DNA of 64,000 nucleotides. Source: a virus (taxonomy: Duplodnaviria > Caudoviricetes). The stretch is taken from positions 4,055 to 68,054 of the IMG/VR virus record IMGVR_UViG_3300026505_000002, one strand, 5' to 3'. This document shows positions 18,103 through 28,315 of the stretch, piece by piece (within the stretch, counting starts at the first letter, position 1; every line of letters starts with the position of its first letter). The position numbers and the translations under genes are program-made. The notes beneath the pieces were generated by a model that saw nothing but the letters and a program-made list of their open reading frames with translations, ran no database searches and was not told the origin of the DNA.

Positions 18103-18686
18103 TGAAAAGTTTATATAACTTTATTATCAAACCTCTTAATAGTAGGTACGATAATATAAGAAAGGTAGGCGATAAAACGCTTATCATAAATACCACCATA
18201 GAGAACCACCGATTTGTGAGCAAGCAAGCAGTTGTTGTATCGGTGCCAGCTGCTTATAGCTCACATATAAAGACAGGTGACAATGTGTATGTACATCATA
18301 ATATATTTAGAAGATGGTATGATCAAAAAGGAAAAGAACGTAATAGCTCTATGTACTTTAAAAATGATTTATATTTTTGTACTCCTGATCAAATATATAT
18401 GTATAACAACAAACCTCATGGGCCTTATTGTTTTGTAAAGCCTATTTTAAATAAAGATTATTTAAGCATTAATAAAGAGCAACCTAACGTTGGTATAATG
18501 AAATATACTAATAGCTTTTTAGAAGCCGTAGGAATAACACCTGGAACACTTGTAACGTTTACACCAAACTCTGAGTTTGAATTTATCATTGATAATGAAC
18601 GTTTATATTGTATGAAATCAAATGACATAGCTTTAACTCATGAGTACGAAGGAAACGAGAAAGAACATAATCCGAGCTGGGCGTAA
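18102..18686 (+). CDS. tandem GroES-like domain protein
   Basis: FIIKP...AVVVSVP...IKTGDNVYVHH and a second FVKPI...GIMKY...GITPGTLV unit. Confidence 0.55.
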   Translation: MKSLYNFIIKPLNSRYDNIRKVGDKTLIINTTIENHRFVSKQAVVVSVPAAYSSHIKTGDNVYVHHNIFRRWYDQKGKERNSSMYFKNDLYFCTPDQIYMYNNKPHGPYCFVKPILNKDYLSINKEQPNVGIMKYTNSFLEAVGITPGTLVTFTPNSEFEFIIDNERLYCMKSNDIALTHEYEGNEKEHNPSWA

Positions 18687-18921
18687 AGCTGTAGACGAGT
18701 TAATTAAAGTAGCTGAAGAAAAAATCATTACACATACGGATGATGATGTATCAGCTGATAGATTAAAAAATGCTGCAGCAACTAAAAAGCTATGCATAAT
18801 GGATGCTTTTGAAATACTACAAAGAATAGAAGAGGAAGAATCTATTTTATCAGGTGATAGTAATAAGGTAGAAAGAGAAGTAAAATCATTTAAAGGTTTT
18901 GCAGAAGGGAGAAGTAAGTGA
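18640..18921 (+). CDS. putative terminase small subunit or helical partner
   Basis: helical protein directly upstream of and overlapping terL. Confidence 0.4.
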   Translation: MSTKETRKNIIRAGRKAVDELIKVAEEKIITHTDDDVSADRLKNAAATKKLCIMDAFEILQRIEEEESILSGDSNKVEREVKSFKGFAEGRSK

Positions 18922-21143
18922 GTTACGAACAGACGCTTTGGAAAGAAATTAAGGACGTTGTAAATCCTAAGATATTAGCTAAAAACAACAGATATAAAAA
19001 ATGGGAGTATGGTTATAACGTGGAGTATGATTTTGTAGTAATAAGTAAAACAGGTAAAATTGGATCAGTTATCGAAATACAAGGTCTCCGCATTGCTTTA
19101 CCAACAGCAGATGAACCGTATAAACGAAGCAAAAAACAAAAGGAACAATACTGGAAAAGATTTGAATATCCAAAAGAACTACAAAGAATAAAAAGTAGAT
19201 TTGATTGGGAGGAATATCCATTAGACTTTAAAGAAAAATGGTACGATTATATTGACAATGAATTTACTAGACGAGAACAAGGATTTTGGTTTTGTAACAA
19301 TGGTATTGATACTTACATTACTGGTACTCATTACATGTACTTGCAGTGGTCAAAGATCGACATTGGAGCGCCGGAATATAGAGAATCAAACAGATTATTT
19401 TTTATATTTTGGGAAGCTTGCAAAGCAGACACAAGATGTTACGGAATGTGCTATCTTAAAAACAGACGATCTGGATTTAGCTTCATGGCGAGCGCAGAGC
19501 TTGTTAATCAAGCCACAATATCAAGCGACTCAAGATTTGGTATACTCAGTAAATCAGGTGCAGATGCTAAAAAAATGTTTACAGATAAGGTTGTACCAAT
19601 ATCCGTTAACTATCCGTTTTTCTTCAAGCCAATTCAAGACGGTATGGATCGGCCAAAGACTGAGTTGGCATATAGGGTTCCAGCATCCAAACTTACTAGA
19701 AGAAAGCTGGAAGCTAATGAGCAACTAGAAGAGCTAGACGGACTTGATACGACTATTGACTGGAAAAATACTGGTGACAACTCTTATGATGGTGAGAAAC
19801 TAAAGATACTAGCACATGATGAAAGTGGTAAATGGGAAAGACCTGATAATATATTAAATAACTGGAGAGTTACAAAAACTACATTACGTCTAGGATCAAG
19901 AGTTGTAGGTAAATGTATGATGGGCTCAACCTCAAATGCTTTAGAAAAAGGTGGAGACAATTTCAAAAAACTATACTACAATTCAGACGTTACTGAAAGA
20001 AATAAAAACGGACAAACAACTTCTGGACTCTATAGCTTGTTCATACCTATGGAGTGGAACTACGAAGGATTCATGGATACTTACGGACTTCCTATCTTCA
20101 CATCTCCGACAAATCCAATCAAAACAATTGATGGTTCGGTTATTACGACAGGAGTTATCAAGCACTGGGAAAACGAAGTAGAAGGTTTAAAGCATGATCA
20201 AGACGCTTTAAATGAATACTACAGACAGTTTCCGCGTACAGAGCAACATGCTTTTAGAGACGAAACAAGAGATAGTTTATTTAATTTAACAAAGATATAT
20301 CAGCAAATTGATTTTAATGAAGAGTTAAATAATAGTATTAGTATTACTAAAGGAAACTTTGCTTGGGAGAATGGTATAAAAGATACTAAGGTGTTGTTCA
20401 TGCCAAATAATAAAGGTAGATTTTTAGTTTCTTGGGTACCAGACTTCAATATTCAAAATAACGTAATAATTAAAAATGGAACTAAATACCCAGGTAACGA
20501 ACATATTGGAGCTTTCGGCTGTGACTCTTACGATATTAGCGGTACTGTTGATGGTCGCGGCAGTAAAGGAGCACTTCATGGATTAACTAAGTTTAGTATG
20601 GAAAACTCTCCTACTAATCAATTTTTTTTAGAATATGTAGCTAGACCACAAACAGCTGAGATTTTCTTTGAAGACGTTTTAATGGCTTTGCATTTTTATG
20701 GTATGCCTTTATTAGCTGAAAATAATAAACCTAGATTATTATATTACCTAAAGCGTAGAGGATACAGAGGTTTTAGTATGAATAGACCAGATAAACTTTA
20801 CAACAAGTTATCAATAGCTGAAAGAGAAATAGGTGGAATACCTAACTCAAGCGAAGACATTAAGCAAGCACATGCTGCTGCAATAGAATATTATATTGAA
20901 AACTTTGTAGGTCAAATAGAAACGGGTTATGGTAATATGTATTTCCAAAGAACGTTAGATGACTGGGCAAGGTTTAACATAAATAATAGAACTAAATACG
21001 ATGCTGCAATAAGTTCTGGTTTAGCAATTATGGCTTGTAATAAGAATAAATATAGGCCTGTTGCGGTAAGAAATATAACACCTGTTAGTTTAGGCATACG
21101 TAGATACAACAATAAAGGATCTATTTCACAAATAATAAAATAA
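18918..21143 (+). CDS. terL: terminase large subunit
   Basis: Walker A-like KNRRSGFS, Walker B LAHDESGK, nuclease GCDSYD and KYDAAISSG. Confidence 0.9.
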   Translation: MSYEQTLWKEIKDVVNPKILAKNNRYKKWEYGYNVEYDFVVISKTGKIGSVIEIQGLRIALPTADEPYKRSKKQKEQYWKRFEYPKELQRIKSRFDWEEYPLDFKEKWYDYIDNEFTRREQGFWFCNNGIDTYITGTHYMYLQWSKIDIGAPEYRESNRLFFIFWEACKADTRCYGMCYLKNRRSGFSFMASAELVNQATISSDSRFGILSKSGADAKKMFTDKVVPISVNYPFFFKPIQDGMDRPKTELAYRVPASKLTRRKLEANEQLEELDGLDTTIDWKNTGDNSYDGEKLKILAHDESGKWERPDNILNNWRVTKTTLRLGSRVVGKCMMGSTSNALEKGGDNFKKLYYNSDVTERNKNGQTTSGLYSLFIPMEWNYEGFMDTYGLPIFTSPTNPIKTIDGSVITTGVIKHWENEVEGLKHDQDALNEYYRQFPRTEQHAFRDETRDSLFNLTKIYQQIDFNEELNNSISITKGNFAWENGIKDTKVLFMPNNKGRFLVSWVPDFNIQNNVIIKNGTKYPGNEHIGAFGCDSYDISGTVDGRGSKGALHGLTKFSMENSPTNQFFLEYVARPQTAEIFFEDVLMALHFYGMPLLAENNKPRLLYYLKRRGYRGFSMNRPDKLYNKLSIAEREIGGIPNSSEDIKQAHAAAIEYYIENFVGQIETGYGNMYFQRTLDDWARFNINNRTKYDAAISSGLAIMACNKNKYRPVAVRNITPVSLGIRRYNNKGSISQIIK

Positions 21144-23561
21144 ATGAAGATTACAAACACTTATAGCTCTTTTCCAGATCAGATAGTACCTGATGAGGTT
21201 AAACAAAGCATTGATTATGGCAGGCAAGTTGCAATGGCTATAGAAGGTGATTGGTTTAGCGGAACAAGATCTGGAGTTGAAAACAGATTTAATACTAATT
21301 ATAATAACTTCAGGATGCGTAGGCTTTATTCAAGAGCTGAACAACCTGTACAAAAGTATAAAGATGAATTAGCTATAAATGGTGATTTATCATATCTTAA
21401 TTTAGACTGGAAACCAGTTCCTATAATACCTAAGTTTGTAGATATAGTTGTTAATGGTATGGATGATAAAGTCTACGACATAAAAGCTTTTGCTCAAGAT
21501 CCAGAATCAAGACAACAAAGATCTAAGTATGCCGAAGATATATTAAGAGATATGCAGGCTAAAGATTTTTTAGTTTCTTTACAGCAAACTTTAAATTTAG
21601 ATTTATTTAATACTGAAAATCCTTCAAATCTACCTGAAAACAAAGATGAGCTAGACTTACACATGCAGTTAAGTTATAAGCAGGCTTCAGAAATAGCTTG
21701 TGAAGAAGCGGTTAATAATTCGCTTCAAATGAATAGGTATGATTTAACAAAGAAAAGATTACTTGAAGATTTAGTAGTGCTAGGTATGAGTGCTGTTAAA
21801 ACCAACTTTAATAAAGCTGAAGGTGTTACTGTAGAATATGTTGATCCAGCCCGCATGGTTTATTCTTATAGTGAGGATCCAAATTTTGAAGACCTATGGT
21901 ATGTAGGTGAAGTTAAACCTGTTACTTTAGCTGATGCTAAAAAACAGTTTCCTAATTTAACAGATTCAGAATTAGAAAGATTACAACAGTATCAAGGCAA
22001 TAGTAATTACTTGTATAATTACAATGGTAGAAGAGATGGTAATGCTATATATATAATGTACTTCGAGTACAAGACATATAGTGAACAAGTGTTTAAAATT
22101 AAAAAGACAGCTACAGGTCTAGAAAAAGCTTTAGAAAAACCAGATACTTTTAATCCACAAGAAAATGATAACTTTGATAGAGTTAGTAGATCAATAGAGG
22201 TTTTATATAGTGGTGCTAAAGTTCTAGGTTATGATATGATGTTAGACTGGAAGATGTCTGAAAATATGACAAGGCCAAAATCTAACTTAGTTAAAGTTAA
22301 CATGAACTACAACATATGTGCACCTAAAATGTATCATGGTAGAATAGAAAGCTTAGTAAGCCGTATGATGGGTTTTGCAGACATGATACAATTAACTCAT
22401 TTAAAAATACAACAAGTAATATCTAAGGTAATACCTGATGGTGTTTATTTAGATGTTGATGGGCTAGCAGAAGTAGATTTAGGTAATGGAACTACATATA
22501 ACGCTAAAGAAGCTTTAAATATGTATTTTCAAACTGGTAGTATATTAGGTAGATCGATGACTACTGAAGGTGACCCTAATAATGGTAGAGTGCCAATACA
22601 AGAGTTAGTCAAAAGTGATGGTGGTGGTAAAATAAATTCTTTAATACAAACTTATCAATACTATTTGCAAATGATAAGAGATGTAACCGGACTTAATGAA
22701 GCAAGAGACGGTAGTCAGCCAAATTCAGATTCGCTAGTTGGTTTACAAAAACTTGCTGCTGCTAACTCAAACACAGCTACTAAGCATGTATTAAATGCTT
22801 ATTTATACCTTACAGTAAGAACTTGTGAAAACATAGTGTTGAGAACTGCAGATAGTATAGAGTTTGCTTTAACTGAAGAAGCTTTAAAAAATAGTATATC
22901 AACTTGGAATGTTGGTCAATTAGATGATTTACGAAATATACATTTGTATGATTTTGGTTTATACATGGACTTGGTACCAGATGAACAAGAAAAAGAAATG
23001 TTAGAAGCTAATATTCAAGCAGCGCTTGCTAGTGGCAGTATCAACCTAGAAGATGCTATTGATATTAGACAAATAAATAATCTTAAGTTGGCTAATCAAA
23101 TGATTAAGCTAAAACGTAAGAAAGCTGCTGAAGCCGCTCAAGCTGCTAATATGGCAAACATACAAGCTCAGGCAGCTGCAAATGCCGAGGCTAGTGAAGC
23201 TGCTGCTATGGCAGAGGTACAGAAGCAACAAGCGGTGTTAGATACTAAACTAAAGTTTGAAAAAGGTAAATCTAGCTTTGAAGTAGAACGTATGAGAGTT
23301 GAAGCTCAAATTAAACGTGAGTTAATGGAACTTGAGTTTATGTATAACAAAGAACTTGGAGAGCAAAAAATAGGTATTGAAACTCGAAGAGAAAAAGATA
23401 TAGAAGATAGAAAAGATAAAAGAGCTAGAATAGTTGGCACTCAACAAAGTGCTATAGCTAATCAAAAACAAAAACAATTAGATGCAATAGACTTTGAGGA
23501 TCCATCGTCTATCGAGAGTTTACAAGATCCACTAGATAGTATACTACCTGAAGGTATGTAA
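21144..23561 (+). CDS. portal protein
   Basis: position after terL; WKPVPIIPKFVDIVVNG; 805 aa with C-terminal coiled coil. Confidence 0.8.
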   Translation: MKITNTYSSFPDQIVPDEVKQSIDYGRQVAMAIEGDWFSGTRSGVENRFNTNYNNFRMRRLYSRAEQPVQKYKDELAINGDLSYLNLDWKPVPIIPKFVDIVVNGMDDKVYDIKAFAQDPESRQQRSKYAEDILRDMQAKDFLVSLQQTLNLDLFNTENPSNLPENKDELDLHMQLSYKQASEIACEEAVNNSLQMNRYDLTKKRLLEDLVVLGMSAVKTNFNKAEGVTVEYVDPARMVYSYSEDPNFEDLWYVGEVKPVTLADAKKQFPNLTDSELERLQQYQGNSNYLYNYNGRRDGNAIYIMYFEYKTYSEQVFKIKKTATGLEKALEKPDTFNPQENDNFDRVSRSIEVLYSGAKVLGYDMMLDWKMSENMTRPKSNLVKVNMNYNICAPKMYHGRIESLVSRMMGFADMIQLTHLKIQQVISKVIPDGVYLDVDGLAEVDLGNGTTYNAKEALNMYFQTGSILGRSMTTEGDPNNGRVPIQELVKSDGGGKINSLIQTYQYYLQMIRDVTGLNEARDGSQPNSDSLVGLQKLAAANSNTATKHVLNAYLYLTVRTCENIVLRTADSIEFALTEEALKNSISTWNVGQLDDLRNIHLYDFGLYMDLVPDEQEKEMLEANIQAALASGSINLEDAIDIRQINNLKLANQMIKLKRKKAAEAAQAANMANIQAQAAANAEASEAAAMAEVQKQQAVLDTKLKFEKGKSSFEVERMRVEAQIKRELMELEFMYNKELGEQKIGIETRREKDIEDRKDKRARIVGTQQSAIANQKQKQLDAIDFEDPSSIESLQDPLDSILPEGM

Positions 23562-23590
23562 TACTTTATTAATTTATATTATATTATATT

Positions 23591-24763
23591 ATGGCAAATG
23601 AAAAAGATGTTCCTCAAGAAGGGGAATTTAAAATGAAAAGAAAACCTGGTAGACCTAAAAAGTTATCACAGGATAAAAAAGTAACTAAATTAGAAATAAA
23701 AGAAGATGCCGTTCCAGAGCAAAGCACAGGAGTCGTGGATGCGAATAAACAAACCAAAGATGTGGAAAAAGTGGAGGAGAGAGCACCCGAATCAAAACTT
23801 GAAGAGCTTACCTCAGAAAAAGTCGAAGACAAAAATGAAGACAAAGAGGTCACGGTAATTCAAGAAAAACCAGTTTCTAAAGAAGCTGATAAATTAGAAA
23901 AGCAAGCAAAAGATGCTATTAGAGACGAAAGAGTTTCTGGTGTGCAACTGCCTAAAAACGTAGAAAAGCTTGTAAATTTTATGCAAGAAACAGGTGGAAC
24001 TGTTGAAGATTATGTTACTTTAAATAAAGATTACACTAAGTTCGATGACAGTTTACTTGTTAGAGAATATTATAAAAAGACTAGACCGCATCTTACGGAC
24101 GATGAAATTAGCTTTGTAATGGAGGATAATTTTAAGTTTGATGAAGAGACGGACGAAGAAAGATTTGTACGTAAGCAAAAGCTTGCATACAAAGAAGAAG
24201 TTGCGAAAGCCAAGAACTTTTTAGAGCAAATGAAAAGTAAATATTATGATGAAATCAAGTTGAGGCCATCTGTTACTAATGAGCAGAAAAAAGCAATGGA
24301 TTTTTTCCAACGATACAACCAAGAACAACAAACCATACAAGAGAAAAGAAATGACTTTGTTAAAAACACTGAGGACTTCTTCACTAATAAATTCAAAGGT
24401 TTTGAATTTAACTTAGGAGACAAAGCGTTTAGGTATAGTGTTTCTAATCCAACTGAAATGGCAAACGCTCAAACTGATGTTTCAAAAGTTATTAGTAAAT
24501 TTACTGATGAAACAGGAAGCATAACAGATTTGGACGGCTACCATAAAGCTATTTACGCTATGAGAAATGCTGATAGATTAGCACAACATTTTTATGAGCA
24601 AGGCAAGGCCGATGCTACTAGAGATGTTATTGCAAAATCTAAAAACATTAATCAAGATCCAAAACCTTTAGCTACAGAGGCGACTTTGTCTAATGGTTGG
24701 AAAGTAAAAGCAATAACTGGTGTTGATAGTTCTAGGTTGAAAATCAAAAATAAAAAATCATAA
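23591..24763 (+). CDS. capsid scaffolding protein (acidic, helical)
   Basis: between portal and MCP; E/K-rich. Confidence 0.65.
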   Translation: MANEKDVPQEGEFKMKRKPGRPKKLSQDKKVTKLEIKEDAVPEQSTGVVDANKQTKDVEKVEERAPESKLEELTSEKVEDKNEDKEVTVIQEKPVSKEADKLEKQAKDAIRDERVSGVQLPKNVEKLVNFMQETGGTVEDYVTLNKDYTKFDDSLLVREYYKKTRPHLTDDEISFVMEDNFKFDEETDEERFVRKQKLAYKEEVAKAKNFLEQMKSKYYDEIKLRPSVTNEQKKAMDFFQRYNQEQQTIQEKRNDFVKNTEDFFTNKFKGFEFNLGDKAFRYSVSNPTEMANAQTDVSKVISKFTDETGSITDLDGYHKAIYAMRNADRLAQHFYEQGKADATRDVIAKSKNINQDPKPLATEATLSNGWKVKAITGVDSSRLKIKNKKS

Positions 24764-24776
24764 TAAAAAATAGAAC

Positions 24777-26252
24777 ATGAGTTTTGTAAATGGAGGTTCA
24801 TTTCCAGCAAGTATTACACCTATGCCAAGTCAAGTCACTGTACAAGACAACTACATAGATTTTAATAACTTAACTGGTGGACAATGGGCACAACAATATC
24901 TACCTGAGCTTTATGAGCAAGAAGTAGAGAGATACGGAAACAGAACATTATCTGGCTTCCTAAGAATGGTTGGCGCTGAGATGCCAATGACATCGGATCA
25001 AGTAATTTGGTCTGAACAAAATAGATTACACGTAGCATATGACAACGTTGCTGTTGCAGCTGGCGGTAAAGCTTTTCCTAAGTTTAGAGTAACTATTACT
25101 AAAGGTGCTGGTAACCCAGCTAGTTCAGGTATTAGAGTTGGTAACACAATTTTAATTTCTGACAACGCTACTGGATTAGTAACACTTAAAGCTTTAGTAT
25201 TATCTAATACTGATAACGGTACTTCTGATGGTTATACATTAGAGTGTCACGCTTATGAAGGAAGCGCTTTAACTAACACATCTGGTTCAAATAGTTTATT
25301 TGTTTATGGTTCTGAATTTCCAAAAGGAAGTGAAGGAATGAAGCAAGCTATTGAGCCTAATGTAACTACTTTCACTAATTCTCCAATTATCTTAAAAGAT
25401 AACTACGAGTTAAGTGGATCTGATACAGCTCAAATTGGTTGGATCGAAGTTGCTACTGAAGACGGTACTTCTGGATACTTATGGTATCTAAAAGCTGAGT
25501 CTGAAACTAGACTAAGATTTGAAGACTATCTAGAAATGTCAATGGTTGAAGGTGTAAAAGATGATAACTCTGGTACTTTTGGAACTGGGTTTGGTCCTGC
25601 TGGAGCAAATGGTTCTGAAATTAAAGGTACTGAAGGTTTATTTGCTGCTATCGAAGCAAGAGGTAATGTATACTCTGGTTTTGCTGGTGCTGCTGCTCCT
25701 GGTTCAGGTGCTTTAGCAGATTTTGATCAAATACTAAAACAACTAGATAAGCAAGGTGCTATTGAAGAAAATATGTTATTCTTATCAAGACAAACTGCTC
25801 TTGATTTTGATGATATGTTAGCTGCTACAAACGGTAGTTATGCTTCAACAACAGCTGCTTCTTACGGTTTATTTGACAATGAAGCTGAAATGGCACTTAA
25901 CTTTGGTTTCTCTGGTTTTAGAAGAGGTTCTTATGACTTCTATAAAACTGACTGGAAATACTTAAATGATGCTACTACAAGAGGTATGTCTAGCGCTATT
26001 GATGGTGTTATGATACCAGCTGGTACATCTACAGTATATGATCAAATGTTAGGATCAAACATCAGACGTCCTTTCTTACACGTAAGATTTAGAGCTTCTG
26101 AAACTGAAGACAGACGATTCAAAGCTTGGATCACTGGTTCAGTTGGTGGAGCTTACACTTCTGATCTTGATACAATGAGAGTTAATTTCTTATCTGAAAG
26201 ATGTTTAGTAACTCAAGCTGCTAATAACTTCGTGTTATTTAAAGGAGCTTAA
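24777..26252 (+). CDS. major capsid protein
   Basis: position; WAQQYLPELYEQEVERYGNR, WSEQNRLH; followed by a strong terminator after one more gene. Confidence 0.8.
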   Translation: MSFVNGGSFPASITPMPSQVTVQDNYIDFNNLTGGQWAQQYLPELYEQEVERYGNRTLSGFLRMVGAEMPMTSDQVIWSEQNRLHVAYDNVAVAAGGKAFPKFRVTITKGAGNPASSGIRVGNTILISDNATGLVTLKALVLSNTDNGTSDGYTLECHAYEGSALTNTSGSNSLFVYGSEFPKGSEGMKQAIEPNVTTFTNSPIILKDNYELSGSDTAQIGWIEVATEDGTSGYLWYLKAESETRLRFEDYLEMSMVEGVKDDNSGTFGTGFGPAGANGSEIKGTEGLFAAIEARGNVYSGFAGAAAPGSGALADFDQILKQLDKQGAIEENMLFLSRQTALDFDDMLAATNGSYASTTAASYGLFDNEAEMALNFGFSGFRRGSYDFYKTDWKYLNDATTRGMSSAIDGVMIPAGTSTVYDQMLGSNIRRPFLHVRFRASETEDRRFKAWITGSVGGAYTSDLDTMRVNFLSERCLVTQAANNFVLFKGA

Positions 26253-26282
26253 TTATTTATTAACATTTAAAATATAGAAATT

Positions 26283-26636
26283 ATGGGTTTAGTAAAACTA
26301 ACAACAAATAAAGTTGTACAAGCTGATAGCATATTACAACTTACAGCAGCAATATCAAGTAACACACTTACAATTGATGTTATCTATGCTTTAGATATGG
26401 GATCAAACAAGTTAGCAAAAGCTAATATTGTCTATACTAAAGGTGCTTCTAACTCTTTCACTTTGACTGAGGCAGAATACTTAGATGCATTTGTAAATGC
26501 GTTTGGTAATGCAATGGGAACAAGCGGACCAGCTTTAGTTGGGCCAATTGTTCAACAAAAAGTAACTGCTACTGGAGTACTAGTAGGTACAATTACGCCG
26601 GTAATTACGTTAAAGCTTAATGCAGCTATATCATAA
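26283..26636 (+). CDS. probable capsid accessory/decoration protein
   Basis: co-transcribed with MCP before the terminator. Confidence 0.5.
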   Translation: MGLVKLTTNKVVQADSILQLTAAISSNTLTIDVIYALDMGSNKLAKANIVYTKGASNSFTLTEAEYLDAFVNAFGNAMGTSGPALVGPIVQQKVTATGVLVGTITPVITLKLNAAIS

Positions 26637-26650
26637 TTAAGGTTATACTT

Positions 26651-26680
26651 AAGATCCCGCTTCGGCGGGGTCTTTATTAA
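26651..26680 (+). terminator. intrinsic terminator
   Basis: AAGATCCCGC-TTCG-GCGGGGTCTT hairpin followed by a T-rich tract. Confidence 0.8.
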
Positions 26681-26698
26681 TTTATATTATATTATATT

Positions 26699-27499
26699 AT
26701 GGAAGAAACAAAAGAAAAAAAGGCTCCGGTCAAAAAGGCCGCGCCTGTAGTAAAAAAGCCAGTAGATAACTGGGAATATAAAGATAGAAATTACTATCTT
26801 ATAGGTAATAAAACCCCACTAACTTACACATTACCTTGTAAGCATACACAAAGATACCCTTTAGTTTGGTTTGATCCAAAACAAGGTTATGAAAGAGAAA
26901 TGAGATATGCTACAAATCAAAAAAGTATTTTTGTAGATGAACAAGAAGGGCAGATAACTTTAAAGCACATTGTATTTAACAATGGGCATTTATTTGTACC
27001 TAAAGAAAAAAGAAACTTGCAAGAGTTTTTAAATATACATCCACATAATGACAAAATATTTCGAGAATTTGATACCGTCTTACAAGCAGAAACAGAGATG
27101 GAAGATTTAGAATACGAAATAGAAGCATTAAACACAGCTTATGAAATGGATATAGACCAAGCAGAAGCAGTGTTAAGAGTAGAAGTAGGATCAGAAGTTT
27201 CAAAATTATCTTCTAAAGAATTAAGAAGAGATTTACTATTGTTTGCTAAACAACAACCAGAGTTGTTTTTAGATTTAGCTAATGATGAAAATGTAATACT
27301 TAGAAACTTTGCTATAGTAGCAGTTGAGTCTGGTATAGTTAGCTTAAGTCCTGATAACAGATCTTTTACTTGGGCTAGTAATGGTCGTAAATTAATGAAC
27401 GTTCCTTTTGATGAGAATCCATATTCAGCTATGGCTGCGTGGTTTAAAACTGATGAAGGTTTAGAAGTTTATCGATCTATAGATAAAAAACTAAAATAA
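26699..27499 (+). CDS. conserved structural-region protein of unknown function
   Basis: ORF track; position between head and tail genes. Confidence 0.6.
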   Translation: MEETKEKKAPVKKAAPVVKKPVDNWEYKDRNYYLIGNKTPLTYTLPCKHTQRYPLVWFDPKQGYEREMRYATNQKSIFVDEQEGQITLKHIVFNNGHLFVPKEKRNLQEFLNIHPHNDKIFREFDTVLQAETEMEDLEYEIEALNTAYEMDIDQAEAVLRVEVGSEVSKLSSKELRRDLLLFAKQQPELFLDLANDENVILRNFAIVAVESGIVSLSPDNRSFTWASNGRKLMNVPFDENPYSAMAAWFKTDEGLEVYRSIDKKLK

Positions 27500-27514
27500 C
27501 AAGTGATTATAATA
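27482..27514 (+). promoter_or_regulatory. class II promoter motif
   Basis: GTGATTATAATA at 27503-27514; upstream element degenerate (GATAA). Confidence 0.55.
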
Positions 27515-27515
27515 T

Positions 27516-27542
27516 AGGGTGGTATACGCCACCCTTTTTTTT
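27516..27542 (+). terminator. intrinsic terminator
   Basis: AGGGTGG-TATACG-CCACCCT followed by a T run. Confidence 0.8.
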
Positions 27543-27553
27543 AAACATACACT

Positions 27554-28312
27554 ATGATAGACGTAAACACGGTATATACAACTGTATTAAGTATTCTTAA
27601 TAAAGAGCAAAGAGGTTACTTAACGCCTTTTGAATTTAACAATTTAGGCAGACAAGTACAATTAGAAATATTTGAAAGTTACTTTGAAGATTTAAATCAA
27701 ATGTTAAGAGTACCACAAGAAACTACAGAATATGCTGATCGTGTTAAACTTCTTAGAGAAAAAATAGCTACATTTGAAACATCAGCAGCGGTTACCGTTG
27801 CATTATCTGGTAGTTTTGGTCAATATGATTTTTCAGCACAAAACCCTGCTGTTCATAGATTTGGCATGCTAGAATACACTAATGGTTCAAACTTACCGGT
27901 TGAAGTAGAAAAAGTCACACGTCACGATTTTCTTTCGTATAGACGTTCTCCATTAACAACTCCCACTGAAGATTATCCTATATGCTATATAGAGGGAACA
28001 AATATAAAAATATTACCTGGTATAGCGTCGGCTGCAGCTGGAGCCAACGGCTCACCTGCTAAAGTTTATACACTAGAGTATGTTAAGAAGCCAATTGATC
28101 CTGTTTGGAATTACACTGTCGGAAGTGTAGGTCAATATATATTTGACCCAGTATCTAATGGAACTAGTAAGAATTTTGAAATATCAGACGTAGATCAAAC
28201 AGAGCTTATTACAAAAATATTAATGTATGCTGGTGTTATAATAAGAGATCCAGAAATAGTACAAACAGCCGCTGGTCTTTCTAACCAGCAAGATGTAAAT
28301 GAAAAAAGCTAA
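27554..28312 (+). CDS. putative head-tail adaptor/ring protein
   Basis: position; YLTPFEFNNLGRQVQLEIF. Confidence 0.5.
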   Translation: MIDVNTVYTTVLSILNKEQRGYLTPFEFNNLGRQVQLEIFESYFEDLNQMLRVPQETTEYADRVKLLREKIATFETSAAVTVALSGSFGQYDFSAQNPAVHRFGMLEYTNGSNLPVEVEKVTRHDFLSYRRSPLTTPTEDYPICYIEGTNIKILPGIASAAAGANGSPAKVYTLEYVKKPIDPVWNYTVGSVGQYIFDPVSNGTSKNFEISDVDQTELITKILMYAGVIIRDPEIVQTAAGLSNQQDVNEKS

Positions 28313-28315
28313 CAC

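Noticed and set aside
18918-21143. Intein or intron in terminase, primase or RNR
   Set aside because: No C/S...HN-C/S/T splice junctions or LAGLIDADG motifs; the frames are continuous and the sizes unremarkable
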